A stretch of DNA of 64,000 nt, taken from IMG/VR virus record IMGVR_UViG_3300050187_000003, positions 11,576 through 75,575 of that record; one strand, given 5' to 3'. Positions 17,549 through 26,499 of the stretch are shown piece by piece (the stretch's first letter is position 1; the number at the start of each line of letters is the position of its first letter). A model generated the notes under the pieces. That model searched no databases. It saw only the letters and a list, made by a program, of their open reading frames with translations, and was not told the origin of the DNA. The translations under genes were made by a program, and so were the position numbers. The DNA comes from a virus (Duplodnaviria > Heunggongvirae > Uroviricota > Caudoviricetes).

Positions 17549-19165
17549 TCACTCCTCTACCGGCGGGCCTCCGCCTCCCTGCGGGTCGCCCGGGGGCGGG
17601 TTGTTGCCGGCCAGCGCACCCAACGCCGGGCCGACCTCCACCGTGGGCGGTGCGGCGTCGGCGATCCGGGCGACCTCCTCCCGGACCTGGATGTCGTCCC
17701 AGTCGGGGTGCACCATCCGCACGCGGGTCTCCGCTGAGACGGCCTCGGCGGCGTGGAGGAGTTGCAGGGTGCGCGCGACCGTCTCCGGCGTCTCACTGAC
17801 CGAGTCGCCGAACTCGACGTTCGGCCTGACCGGCTCCACTGCGGCGCCGAGCTGGGCGCGCTCCACGGCGAGGTGCAGCTCGACGTACTCCGCGATCGCC
17901 GGGCCCCAGGCGACGATCCGGTTGCCGCGGGTCGTGAAGCTCATGCGCTCGCGCGACTGGACCTCCGTCGCCGTCACCGCGACGTCGCCCTCGTCACCCA
18001 GGGTCTGCGAGGAGAGACCGGCGTGGCGCATCGCGACCTTGGTCAGTTCATCGATCGTGGCCCGGTGTTCTTCGACGCGGATGGCGAACTGGCTGATGGT
18101 GATGCCGGTGCCGCTGTCGGGTAGCGCGTTGACGGCGGCCCAGATTTCCCGTTCGGCGTCGAAGGTTGCGCCGGCACCGGGGCCGTTCGACTGGTGGAGC
18201 ATGTAGCTGGGGACGATGACTCGGCCGCGGCCGAGGCGCAGGTCCCGCATCCAGGACGTCCACGCCTCGTCGACCGCATCGAACCACTGCTCGGATCCGT
18301 CGAAGTCGCTGCGGCCCAGGTACTTCAGCATCGGCGCGGTGCGCCAGCGGCGTTGTGGGCCGGAGTTGGGGACGCGGACGACGTCCAGGCGATCGAGGCC
18401 GGTCGCCTGGCTGCTGTCCTGGTCGACATCCTCGGCGAGGTAGGAGGCGCCGTCGTGCTCGGTCAGCGGAATCGCGCGGCCGAGCTGGTCGGGGGTGCCC
18501 TCGTGGAGCTGGTAGACGATCCGGCCGACGCCGTTGATGACCTCGTGATGTTCAAGCAGGCGGACGACGGTGTTGCCGGAGCGGTCCAGCTCGGACCAGA
18601 AGGTGACGTCGATCAGCTTGCCCCAGCGCAGGTTTGGCAGGGCGCCGTCGGCGTGCACGACGCTGGGGAATGCTTTGTTCGACATCACCTCCTTGTCGAC
18701 GACCGGGCGGAGGTAGACGTCGCCGAGCACGCTGTTGGCCTCGGCAGCGTGCAACAGCAGGGAGTGCAGGCCGTCCTCGATCAGCTCATCGAGGCGGGTC
18801 TGAACCTCGGCGTCCTCGTGCGTGATCTGCGGCGGCTCGGAGAAGATCAGGTTGGCGACGGTGGCGGTGAGGTCGGCGGGGAGTGGGCAGTGCAGGCGGG
18901 CGTCGCGGGTGCCGACGGGTGGTGGGTTGCCCCACAGCCAGCGTGACAGGGTGCCGATGAGTCCGCCGGCGTACTGGCCGGCACGGACGCGTTCGCTTGG
19001 GCTGAGGGTGCGGTTGTTGGCTGCCCGGTTGAGGTACACCTCGCGGAGCCGGTCGGGGTCGCCGACGTACCACGCATCCCAGTCGCGGTAGGCGGTGTAG
19101 GCGGGTTGGTGGGCGGGTGGCGGCCAGGCGCCGCCGGTCGGGATCGGCACCGGGCCTCCATCCAA
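17549..19165 (-). CDS. portal protein
   Basis: 538 aa between the terminase large subunit and the MuF-like gene. Size and position are typical of a portal. Confidence 0.65.
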   Translation of the reverse strand: MDGGPVPIPTGGAWPPPAHQPAYTAYRDWDAWYVGDPDRLREVYLNRAANNRTLSPSERVRAGQYAGGLIGTLSRWLWGNPPPVGTRDARLHCPLPADLTATVANLIFSEPPQITHEDAEVQTRLDELIEDGLHSLLLHAAEANSVLGDVYLRPVVDKEVMSNKAFPSVVHADGALPNLRWGKLIDVTFWSELDRSGNTVVRLLEHHEVINGVGRIVYQLHEGTPDQLGRAIPLTEHDGASYLAEDVDQDSSQATGLDRLDVVRVPNSGPQRRWRTAPMLKYLGRSDFDGSEQWFDAVDEAWTSWMRDLRLGRGRVIVPSYMLHQSNGPGAGATFDAEREIWAAVNALPDSGTGITISQFAIRVEEHRATIDELTKVAMRHAGLSSQTLGDEGDVAVTATEVQSRERMSFTTRGNRIVAWGPAIAEYVELHLAVERAQLGAAVEPVRPNVEFGDSVSETPETVARTLQLLHAAEAVSAETRVRMVHPDWDDIQVREEVARIADAAPPTVEVGPALGALAGNNPPPGDPQGGGGPPVEE

Positions 19166-19212
19166 GTCAGGCCAGGCTGGCCAGGGTCAGCGGGTTGACC
19201 GCGCACGCGTCA

Positions 19213-19479
19213 TCAGACGCGCGGCGGCCAGTGCCAGCTACCACCGGCCGGGGCGTCCGAATCGTCGAACGGCACCGACTGGTTGAAGAACAGGCCGGTC
19301 GGGTTGAGGACGCACAGGTCGACGTGCGGCACACCGTGCTCCGGCACCGGGTCTCCGTCGCGGACGGCGGTGACGATCGCGGCCCGGGGCTCCGAGGTGA
19401 ACGCCTGGGTGCCGTCCGGGCGTGGCGGGGTGCCGTGGCTGACGTATTGGACGATCCGGCCGACGGTCGGCTTCTGCAC
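19213..19479 (-). CDS. hypothetical protein (88 aa)
   Basis: Small ORF between the terminase large subunit and portal genes. Confidence 0.3.
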   Translation of the reverse strand: MQKPTVGRIVQYVSHGTPPRPDGTQAFTSEPRAAIVTAVRDGDPVPEHGVPHVDLCVLNPTGLFFNQSVPFDDSDAPAGGSWHWPPRV

Positions 19480-19495
19480 GTGGTGCTCCTTCGGG

Positions 19496-20785
19496 TCAGG
19501 CCGCGAGGGTGACGGCGCTCCGGAGCAGCGGCCGCCAGAGCACTTCGGGCGTTTTTATGGCATATCTAGCAGCATCGATGCTGTGGTCGTCTGCCTTGAT
19601 CGGGGCGTCTGAACCGTCCCGGTCGACGGCCTTGTCATCCCAGGCGTAGCCGGGGATCTCTTCGATCAGGCCCTTGCATGACTGGTGCACGCGGAGCTGG
19701 TCGTTGCCGAGCAGGCTCGACATGAGCCGGATCCCGTCGAGGACGGAGTTGTCGGCGGCCGCCGAGGTCATGCCGTCCTCGATCAGCTGGAGCCGCAGCG
19801 ACCGGGCGGACGGGTCGACAACGGTCCACTCCGGGGCCAGGCCGGTGAGCCCGGTCGTGCCGGGCACTTCCAGGGCGCCGAGCCAGCGGCGGAGTTCGCG
19901 GGAGAGGCCGCGGTCGGTGAGCTGGCGGCGGGCGATGGCCGGGTCGTGCCGCCACTCGTGGGTCAGGTAGAGCCGTCCGTCGCGGCCGGCGCCGAGGATG
20001 AGGGCGGCGGTGGCGTTGCGGGTGCCGTAGTCGATGCCGATGCTGATCCAGCGGTGGATTTCCGGCAGGACTGGGATGACGTGGCGGTCTTCGTCCCACA
20101 TGTCGAAGACGGCGCCTTCGGCCTGGACCCAGTTGCCGAGGATGAACCGCTTGTACCACAGGCCGACGTACTCGATCTTGAGGTCGGCGACGTACGCGGG
20201 GTCGAGGTGCGGGTTGTCGTCGAGGGTGCTGTGCCAGGTACGCAGGTTCAGCTCGCCGACGCGTTGCAGGTACTTCTTGCGGAGCCAGTGGGCTGGGCTG
20301 TCGGGGTTGGTGGTGCCGAACAGCTGCGCGCCGGCCACGCTCAGCCGGGCGAGGACCTGGGTGAAGAACGCCTCCGGGATGGTGGTCAGTTCGTCGCCGT
20401 AGGCCAGGCACAGCGTCATGCCCCGGACCTTCGGCTCCGCCTTCGCGTCGTTGGCGCCCAGGACGTCGACCTCGCGGCCGAGGATGGTGCCGGTGGGTGC
20501 GCCCGTATTGTACCTGGTCAGCCTGGCCAGGGGGCCGAACAGGGCCGGGTCGGTGAGCACGGAGAACACGTTTCGGTTGACGGCCTCGCGGGTCTTGCCG
20601 AAGAGCAGGACCCTGCCCGATGTCGGCGCGGCGGCGACGGCGAGCAGGAACCGCAGCAGCGACGCGACCGTCTTGCCGGACCTGACCGAGCCCTGCCAGA
20701 TGTTGAGGCGGGCCGTGGACTCGACCACCGAGCGGAGGTGGATCGGGGACAGCGACCGGGTGACGACGTCGAGGTCAACCGGCAT
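19496..20785 (-). CDS. terminase large subunit
   Basis: Walker A WQGSVRSGKT lies near the N-terminus, with the ATPase and C-terminal nuclease-type regions after it. The likely start MPVDLDVV... is internal to ORF 19496..20869, which would otherwise overlap the small subunit by about 95 nt. Confidence 0.65.
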   Translation of the reverse strand: MPVDLDVVTRSLSPIHLRSVVESTARLNIWQGSVRSGKTVASLLRFLLAVAAAPTSGRVLLFGKTREAVNRNVFSVLTDPALFGPLARLTRYNTGAPTGTILGREVDVLGANDAKAEPKVRGMTLCLAYGDELTTIPEAFFTQVLARLSVAGAQLFGTTNPDSPAHWLRKKYLQRVGELNLRTWHSTLDDNPHLDPAYVADLKIEYVGLWYKRFILGNWVQAEGAVFDMWDEDRHVIPVLPEIHRWISIGIDYGTRNATAALILGAGRDGRLYLTHEWRHDPAIARRQLTDRGLSRELRRWLGALEVPGTTGLTGLAPEWTVVDPSARSLRLQLIEDGMTSAAADNSVLDGIRLMSSLLGNDQLRVHQSCKGLIEEIPGYAWDDKAVDRDGSDAPIKADDHSIDAARYAIKTPEVLWRPLLRSAVTLAA

Positions 20786-21233
20786 CGGACTCGGGCCCGG
20801 TGAGCTGGTCGTAGGCGGCGCCCAGGCCGCGGGCGAGGGCTCCGAGCATGCTCTTCGCGGCGTCAACACCAGGGTCGGCGTCGTGCTTGGTCAGGGCGAG
20901 ATGCTTGTCAATGAAGATGCCGTAGGCTATGGCCCAGCCCTTGGCGTCGTTGCCGTTTTCGGCGGTGAGGATGCTGGAGCGTAGGACGGTTGCGACGCCA
21001 ATCGTGCCGGTTGCCTCAGTTGCCCGGGCGGACCGGTTGTCGGCCTGGACGGCCTCGGTCGCCTTTTTGGTCGTTGATCGGTCAAACGGTGTCGAGATGC
21101 CTGCTTCGGCGGCGATGTTGGTGACGCTGGCCTTGCTGACCCCGTGGTCTCGGGCAATTTGGGCCCGGCTTTTCTGGCCTGCGCGGATGTCGTCTGCGCA
21201 GGCTGCGCGGATGTTGTCGGGGATCCGGGTCAT
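20775..21233 (-). CDS. terminase small subunit (HTH DNA-binding)
   Basis: 152 aa with an N-terminal HTH (KSRAQIARDHGVSKASVTNIAAEAG), immediately upstream of and overlapping the large subunit. Confidence 0.45.
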   Translation of the reverse strand: MTRIPDNIRAACADDIRAGQKSRAQIARDHGVSKASVTNIAAEAGISTPFDRSTTKKATEAVQADNRSARATEATGTIGVATVLRSSILTAENGNDAKGWAIAYGIFIDKHLALTKHDADPGVDAAKSMLGALARGLGAAYDQLTGPESDAG

Positions 21234-21306
21234 GGGTCACCTCCGCCGACCCTTGGCCGGTCTGGCTGTCGGCGGCGCGCCTTGCGCGCTACCGCTGTGC
21301 GTTCGG

Positions 21307-21380
21307 TGGCGGAGGCGTGATTTGAACACGCGGCCTCTGGGTTGTTGACCCAGCGAGCTACCGGGCTGCTCTACTCCGCT
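21307..21380 (-). tRNA. tRNA-like element: canonical D- and T-arms, atypical anticodon loop (TCAACAA, anticodon AAC, C33) and an A1:C72 acceptor mismatch
   Basis: Minus-strand sequence AGCGGAG-TA-GAGC-AGCCCGGTA-GCTC-G-CTGGG-TCAACAA-CCCAG-AGGCC-GCGTG-TTCAAAT-CACGC-CTCCGCC-A folds as a cloverleaf. No encoded CCA. Either a phage tRNA or a pseudo-tRNA/att remnant. Confidence 0.35.
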
Positions 21381-21539
21381 CCGGGTGGTGTGGGCCGGCG
21401 GTCCGCCACGGTGCCGCCGGCCCGACCACCACCGTGCCCGCACGCCAACCCCGGGGACTGCGGGCCTGGGGTTGGCTACAGCCCGGGAGCGGCGAGGCTC
21501 GACCGGGCTGCATGTGGGCACTTCCCCGGACGCTGCCGA

Positions 21540-22373
21540 TCACGCCTCGGGCGTGCGCAGCGGCGACCGAGGTCTTAGCTGGGAGCCGACGGCTTCCAGC
21601 TGCTCATTGACTGTTCCGAAGTGTCGGACCAGCATCTCTGTGTGCGCCAGCAGCTCGGGGTGCACGCGGAACCACTCGCCGTTGCGGGTGATCCGGTGCG
21701 CCTCGAACTGGTGGTGTCGCATCCGCTCCAGGTCGAGCGGTCCGGGTTCGAGCGCCAGCACCTCGTCATGGGGTAGGGCGTCGAGCCGGGAGCGGACGTT
21801 CACCGAGTGCCCGATCTTGATGCGGTCACTGAACCGGACGTAGTACACAAACGGCTGCCGGACCAGGGGCGGCGCGTCGGGCGAGCGCGGGGGCGGCGGG
21901 GGCTCCGGAGGCAGCTCCCAGACCTGGGTCAAGTGATCGTTCCAGTGGTGGAACGCGGCCCGCATGTGGTCTCGGCAGATCCGAAACGGGGCATCGGGGA
22001 CGGCGAAGCGGTTGCACTCCTGGCCGTTGTCCCGGAGAACGGTGCAGCGGGGGCGCCTCTGTTTCTGGGCAGGGTCCGTCTGCGGTTTTGTTGGGAGATT
22101 GTGCCCCGGCGTGGTGATCTTCTGCAACTCTCCGACGTGTCGGGCGCGTCCGCGTGGTTCCAGGCGGGCACGCCGTTCGGCGTACGCTACGTCCACATAT
22201 CGGTAGATGTTGCTGCGTCCGCCGTACCGGCCAGCGGGCTTGAGGAGGCCGCGTTTCGTCCAGTCGCGGATCATGTCCTCGGTGATGTCGTCGCCGAGGC
22301 GGGCGGCGGCTTCGGCGGTGGTGACGTACTGGACGCCGTCGACTACGAGGTAGCCCGGGTTAGGCTCGGTCAT
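21540..22373 (-). CDS. DNA-binding HTH (MerR/Xis-like) + GIY-YIG (T5orf172-type) nuclease domain protein
   Basis: N-terminal segment YVTTAEAAARLGDDITEDMIRDWTKRGLL is HTH-like. C-terminal segment FVYYVRFSDRIKIGHSVNVRSRLDAL matches GIY-YIG motifs. Adjacent to the terminase small subunit. Confidence 0.45.
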   Translation of the reverse strand: MTEPNPGYLVVDGVQYVTTAEAAARLGDDITEDMIRDWTKRGLLKPAGRYGGRSNIYRYVDVAYAERRARLEPRGRARHVGELQKITTPGHNLPTKPQTDPAQKQRRPRCTVLRDNGQECNRFAVPDAPFRICRDHMRAAFHHWNDHLTQVWELPPEPPPPPRSPDAPPLVRQPFVYYVRFSDRIKIGHSVNVRSRLDALPHDEVLALEPGPLDLERMRHHQFEAHRITRNGEWFRVHPELLAHTEMLVRHFGTVNEQLEAVGSQLRPRSPLRTPEA

Positions 22374-22451
22374 GTCGACCTCTCATCAGGTTGGCCATGC
22401 CCCGGGGCCGTTCGCAGCGGTCGCCGGGGTCTTTCGCGTTCGGGGCCGATT

Positions 22452-22787
22452 TTACCGTCCACGTACGACATTCCCGGCCGCTCCGCAGGTTGGGCACTGG
22501 TACCCCGTCGGTGGTGCCCCGTCGCACCGTGGGACGTCTTCGGCAAGCTCGGTGACCGAGCAGCCGAAGACGTCCGCAAGCGCGAACAACTCATTGGCTG
22601 TGATGTTCGTCGTCTGCCGGCTTCTGCTCTCGCGGTTGTAGATGATCACGGCGCTGGTCGGATAGCCCGCTTCTGTGAGGCGGCGGGCGAGTTCTTCCCC
22701 TGACCAGCCCCGGACCTTCCGCAGGCGGCGGGCGTTGGCGATCACCCGGCCGGAGATCTGAGATGGCGTGGTCTGGTCGGCGGTCAT
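22452..22787 (-). CDS. XRE-family HTH transcriptional regulator
   Basis: Segment ISGRVIANARRLRKVRGWSGEELARRLTEAGYPTSAVIIYNRE is a classic XRE HTH. The ATG overlaps the upstream stop (ATGA). Confidence 0.5.
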   Translation of the reverse strand: MTADQTTPSQISGRVIANARRLRKVRGWSGEELARRLTEAGYPTSAVIIYNRESRSRQTTNITANELFALADVFGCSVTELAEDVPRCDGAPPTGYQCPTCGAAGNVVRGR

Positions 22788-23410
22788 CAGGCGGCCTTCC
22801 TGTCGGTGGCGGTCAGGGTGGTGCGGAGCCAGATGTGCGGTGCGCCCTGCTCCCGGACGGGCATTCGGCAGGGGCATCCGTTGCCGGTGCAGGTGCATCC
22901 GGTGCCGCAGGTGATCGTCCACCGGTCGCGGGGGCCGGCGTCGTGGAGCTGGAGGAGGCGGACTCCGCAGGCGGGGCAGTCGCCGGGCCAGGCGGTCAAC
23001 CGGGGCGGGGGCGGCAGGGCGGTGTCGATCCGGGCGGTGAGTGCGCGGAAAAGTTGGGCGGCGGCTGCGGCGACGTCCGGGTGGAGGCGGGGGATGAGGG
23101 GCTGGAGGCGGGTCAGCGGGTCGATGGGGCTGGTCGGGGTGAGTTGGTCGGCGAGTCCGTGGAGGGTGGTGCCGACGAACACCGCAAGGTCGGCGAGGGG
23201 GTCGTGGTCGTGGCTGGTGTCGAGGAGGGCGAGGGTGCCGACGGGGTCGCCGTGCCCGCCCAGCGAGGATCGGCGGCCGAGTGCGCAGGAGCGGAGGCCG
23301 TCTGCGCCGTCGGGGACGGCGCGGCGGTGCTGGATGGTGCGGTGGAGGCGGCGGCGGGTGGTGTGGAGGGTCCAGGCGGTGGTGTGGGCGTGGAGGTTGT
23401 GGGGGTGCAT
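22787..23410 (-). CDS. Cys-rich putative zinc-finger protein
   Basis: C-terminal segment WPGDCPACG...WTITCGTGCTCTGNGCPC has high GC3 in this frame. RBS GAGAGG before the ATG. Contains copy 1 of the 36-bp repeat. Confidence 0.4.
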   Translation of the reverse strand: MHPHNLHAHTTAWTLHTTRRRLHRTIQHRRAVPDGADGLRSCALGRRSSLGGHGDPVGTLALLDTSHDHDPLADLAVFVGTTLHGLADQLTPTSPIDPLTRLQPLIPRLHPDVAAAAAQLFRALTARIDTALPPPPRLTAWPGDCPACGVRLLQLHDAGPRDRWTITCGTGCTCTGNGCPCRMPVREQGAPHIWLRTTLTATDRKAA

Positions 23411-23583
23411 GGCGGCCTCTCGGGGGGTTGGGGCCGGCCGCCCCGGGTGGGCGGCCGGCGGTGGTGGTGGTTAGCCGGCCCACAGCCAGGTGAGGCCGGC
23501 GGCGAGGGTGAGGGTGAGGGTGGCGGCGGCGAGGAGTTCGCCGCAGCCACGGGTGTGCGGTGTGGGACCACGCTCCGAGCTGC

Positions 23584-24930
23584 TCATGGCGTCCAGCCGT
23601 CCTGGTCGGCGGCGAACCGTTGGGCGAGGGCGGCGGCGTAGCCGCCCCGGTACGCCTGCCGGGCTGCCTCTCGGAGGATGTCGAGCTGAACCGAGGACCA
23701 TCCGTCGACGCCCTGTCGCAGCCCGCGTACGAGGGCGTGGAGCTGGTCGTCGGGGATGTCCTGGACCTGCGACGGTGCCGCAGGTGATCGTCCACCGGTC
23801 GCGGGGGCAGCGAGATCGGAGCGGGCCTCCATCAACTGAGCACGGGCGGCGGCCAGCTCGGCGATGAGCCAGCGGACCGCGTCGTCCGGCTCGCCGGACG
23901 GGATGTCCAGCCAGTGGGAGCAGTCGGCGGGCCACAGGGCGCCACGCAGCGTCAGGTCGGCGTTGCGCCGGTCGCGGAGTTCGGTCCAGGCCGCCCATCC
24001 CTGACGGGCGGCCTGGAGGGCGGTGCACCCCGACGCACCGGGGGAGGGGTGATCGGCCGGCAGCGGCGAGCTGAGCGGGCCGGAGGGCTCCCGATCCGGG
24101 CCGGCCGCATCCGCCGCCGCCCGCCTCTGGGCGTTGCTGGGGTCCGGTCCGACGGTTACCCACCCGTCGGCATGGGGGGTGGGGGTTTCGTCGGCCAGGG
24201 GGCCGCTGGGCGGGCTGGCGGCCCCCTGGGCGTGCGGTGGCGGAACCGGGGTCCCGTCGGTTGGGCGGAGGAGGCGGACGAGGGCGGCGGCGAACGGGTC
24301 GTGTGGGGCGGTGACCGCACTGTCGTGCCAGGCGTCGTGCCAGGCGTCGAGCAGCATCGAGACGGCCTCGGCCCGTTCGTCGTCGTTGAGGGCGTCGGCC
24401 AGGGCGTGGCGGGTGTTGGCGAGGAGGTTTTCGGCGGTGACCCAGTTGTCGTCGTCGAGGTTCTCCTCCACGCAACGCGGCAGGTTCTCCTGCGCACAAC
24501 GCGGCTGCACGGTGTCGTGGTTGCTCCACGCCTGGGCGGCCTGGTCGGCCAGGTCGCGGAGGCGGACGAGCAGTGTGCCGTTGCGGCGGATCTCGCGGGC
24601 CTGGGCGAGGCGCACGCCGTCGATCTCGGCGAGGCGTTGGCGGGCATGGGCCAGTTCGGCGGCGAGGCGGTCGCGCTCTTGCTCTGCGGTGGTGATGCGG
24701 TCGAGGAGGTCGTTGGTGATGGTCGGCTGGTGGTCGGTCATGGGGTGGTCCTCTCGGCTCTGTTGGCGGGTGTCCTGGCATCTGCGGTGCCAGGCGGTGG
24801 GGGTGGGCGGCCAGGTGGGCCAGGGGTCGGGTTCGGGTTCGGGTGGGTGGGCTTGGGCGCGGGTGATGGCGGTCTGCGCGGAGGCGTGGGCTTGGCGCTC
24901 GCGGGCGGTCCGGTGCCGAGGCGCGGTCAT
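23584..24930 (-). CDS. hypothetical coiled-coil protein (early region)
   Basis: High GC3 throughout. Convincing helical sequence (...LLDRITTAEQERDRLAAELAHARQRLAEIDGVRLAQAREIRRNGTLLVRLRDLADQAAQ...). Start MTAPRH... is preceded by an AGGAAC RBS. Contains copy 2 of the 36-bp repeat. Confidence 0.4.
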   Translation of the reverse strand: MTAPRHRTARERQAHASAQTAITRAQAHPPEPEPDPWPTWPPTPTAWHRRCQDTRQQSREDHPMTDHQPTITNDLLDRITTAEQERDRLAAELAHARQRLAEIDGVRLAQAREIRRNGTLLVRLRDLADQAAQAWSNHDTVQPRCAQENLPRCVEENLDDDNWVTAENLLANTRHALADALNDDERAEAVSMLLDAWHDAWHDSAVTAPHDPFAAALVRLLRPTDGTPVPPPHAQGAASPPSGPLADETPTPHADGWVTVGPDPSNAQRRAAADAAGPDREPSGPLSSPLPADHPSPGASGCTALQAARQGWAAWTELRDRRNADLTLRGALWPADCSHWLDIPSGEPDDAVRWLIAELAAARAQLMEARSDLAAPATGGRSPAAPSQVQDIPDDQLHALVRGLRQGVDGWSSVQLDILREAARQAYRGGYAAALAQRFAADQDGWTP

Positions 24931-25121
24931 CCGGGTTCCTGGTCGGGTGCCGCGAGCTGTTCGCTTCGGCAGAGTGCGCAGTTGTGGGCGAGTTGGCCGC
25001 GGTGGCGTCGGCAGCGCTGTGCCTCGTCCTGCCGGGCGCGGCGGTCGGTTTCCCACCGCTCGCGGGTCTTGCGGGCTTCGGCGCAGCGCCCGCCAGGTCG
25101 CGTACACCCGCCACACGCCGG

Positions 25122-25997
25122 TCACGCAGCTACTCCTGACCTGCACCCGTACGGCGAACAGCCGTCCGGATCGCCCAGCTCAGCGAGAGCATCGAAAATG
25201 TCCGGAGACCGGTCGGACCACTCCTTGCGCGTGACCCGGTTGATCGGTGCGATGGACAGCGGCACCCGAGACCGGTGCAGAAAAGCTTCTCCGTTGAGAG
25301 GCAGACCACGTGCCCCCCCCTTTCGGATTGCCTCATCGAACGCAACCGCGTCGGCCCACTCGTCTGGGTGGTTGTCGCGTAGATCCCTCCACTGGGCGTT
25401 GCCGTGGAACGGGCATCCGATGCAGGCTGACTTGGCGGTATCGCCCCAACCTCTGGCGTCAAGCCACCGCTGGCAGTCCTTGCGGGACATGCCGAGGTCA
25501 AGCAGCGGGTACCGCTTGGTGATGTAGGAGACGCCGTGGTTGTCGGATACGCGATGAATTTCGTCGACGGTGAAGCCGATCCATTGTTCGGCGGTACGCC
25601 CCTTGGGCACGCGCCTGAAGTCGGGGGCTGCAGCGCCGAGAAGCTCGCGGACCTTTCGACCGATCGGTGCCAGCTTGTACTCCGATGTGCACTGTCTGCG
25701 TCCCATGCCTTCGCTTCCGTCGGGGTTCCGGACAAAGTAGGGCACGGACGCGTACCGGTGGGCCGGGTCGAGCGAGTCGAAGCGCAGGTTGCCTTTGCTG
25801 ACTCGGTAAAGGGGGATGTTGGCTGCGTCGAGGACGGCGGCGATGCGGTCGAGTTGCTGGTAGACGCGGCGTGGCTCCCAGCCGGTGTCGGCGAAGATTG
25901 CGCCGTCCAGGCCGGGCAGGGTGCCGTCGGCGGCCATGAGCGCCAGCACGGTGCTCTGTACGCCGGCGCCGAGGGACAGGAGTCGGGTGGTGGTCAC
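25122..25997 (-). CDS. PAPS-reductase-like PP-loop ATP pyrophosphatase family protein (phage type, Cys-rich C-terminal region)
   Basis: N-terminal P-loop-like segment LLSLGAGVQSTVLALMAA (the SGGxDS-type position) and Cys motifs (CIGCPFH; CSPYGC). This family recurs in actinophage early regions. Confidence 0.5.
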   Translation of the reverse strand: MTTTRLLSLGAGVQSTVLALMAADGTLPGLDGAIFADTGWEPRRVYQQLDRIAAVLDAANIPLYRVSKGNLRFDSLDPAHRYASVPYFVRNPDGSEGMGRRQCTSEYKLAPIGRKVRELLGAAAPDFRRVPKGRTAEQWIGFTVDEIHRVSDNHGVSYITKRYPLLDLGMSRKDCQRWLDARGWGDTAKSACIGCPFHGNAQWRDLRDNHPDEWADAVAFDEAIRKGGARGLPLNGEAFLHRSRVPLSIAPINRVTRKEWSDRSPDIFDALAELGDPDGCSPYGCRSGVAA

Positions 25998-26245
25998 GCT
26001 GCTACCTCCTTCGGGGGTGCGGCCGGTGCGGCGAGTTGGTCGTGTTCGGGGCGTCCCGCCTCAGCCGCAGGCGTGTGGTCGGGGCAGCGGGGGCCGCACG
26101 GAAACAGCCGGGCCGGACCGTGGCAGTGGTCGTAGGCGCACACCAGTGCAGGCTTCGGCGGCCGGGCCGGGCCGGAACCGGTGTGCGCCGTGGTGGGCTG
26201 TCTGCGGCTTCGGGCCTCAGCCAACGACACCACCCGGCCCGTCAC
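25994..26245 (-). CDS. small Cys/His-rich protein (zinc-binding candidate)
   Basis: CAYDHCHGPARLFPCGPRCPDH. Start and stop are coupled (ATGA overlaps) to both neighbouring genes. Confidence 0.3.
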   Translation of the reverse strand: MTGRVVSLAEARSRRQPTTAHTGSGPARPPKPALVCAYDHCHGPARLFPCGPRCPDHTPAAEAGRPEHDQLAAPAAPPKEVAA

Positions 26246-26499
26246 GCCGCCACCCCCGACGGCTGGACCCGCACATCAGCCGGGCACTGCTCGTCCAACC
26301 AGCACAACACCCGTACCAGCGTCGACTGGTTGTATCCCCTGCCCGCCTCGAACCGGGACAACGCTGCCTGTGACACACCGATCTGGTCGGCAGCCTCGTA
26401 CTGGGTCAGGCGGAGAATCGCGCGCATGTCGGCGACCAGCAGGGGCAGCCGGTCGAGAACATCGGTGACGTTTCGGTAGCCGACGGCCTGGACGCTCAC
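26242..26499 (-). CDS. XRE-family HTH regulator
   Basis: GTG start preceded by GGGAGGTG. HTH segment LRLTQYEAADQIGVSQAALSRFEAGRGYNQSTLVRVL. Confidence 0.5.
   Translation of the reverse strand: MSVQAVGYRNVTDVLDRLPLLVADMRAILRLTQYEAADQIGVSQAALSRFEAGRGYNQSTLVRVLCWLDEQCPADVRVQPSGVAA

Noticed and set aside
21237-21521. 94-aa ORF overlapping the tRNA-like element.
   Set aside because: The translation is Arg/Pro-rich. The region is better explained by the tRNA-like structure and an intergenic hairpin.
24931-25121. Open frame ending in TGA that overlaps the ATG at 24930 (…RCAEARKTRERWETDRRARQDEAQRCRRHRGQLAHNCALCRSEQLAAPDQEPG*).
   Set aside because: No ATG/GTG/TTG start codon lies between the upstream in-frame stop and the end. 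It is treated as an intergenic regulatory region.
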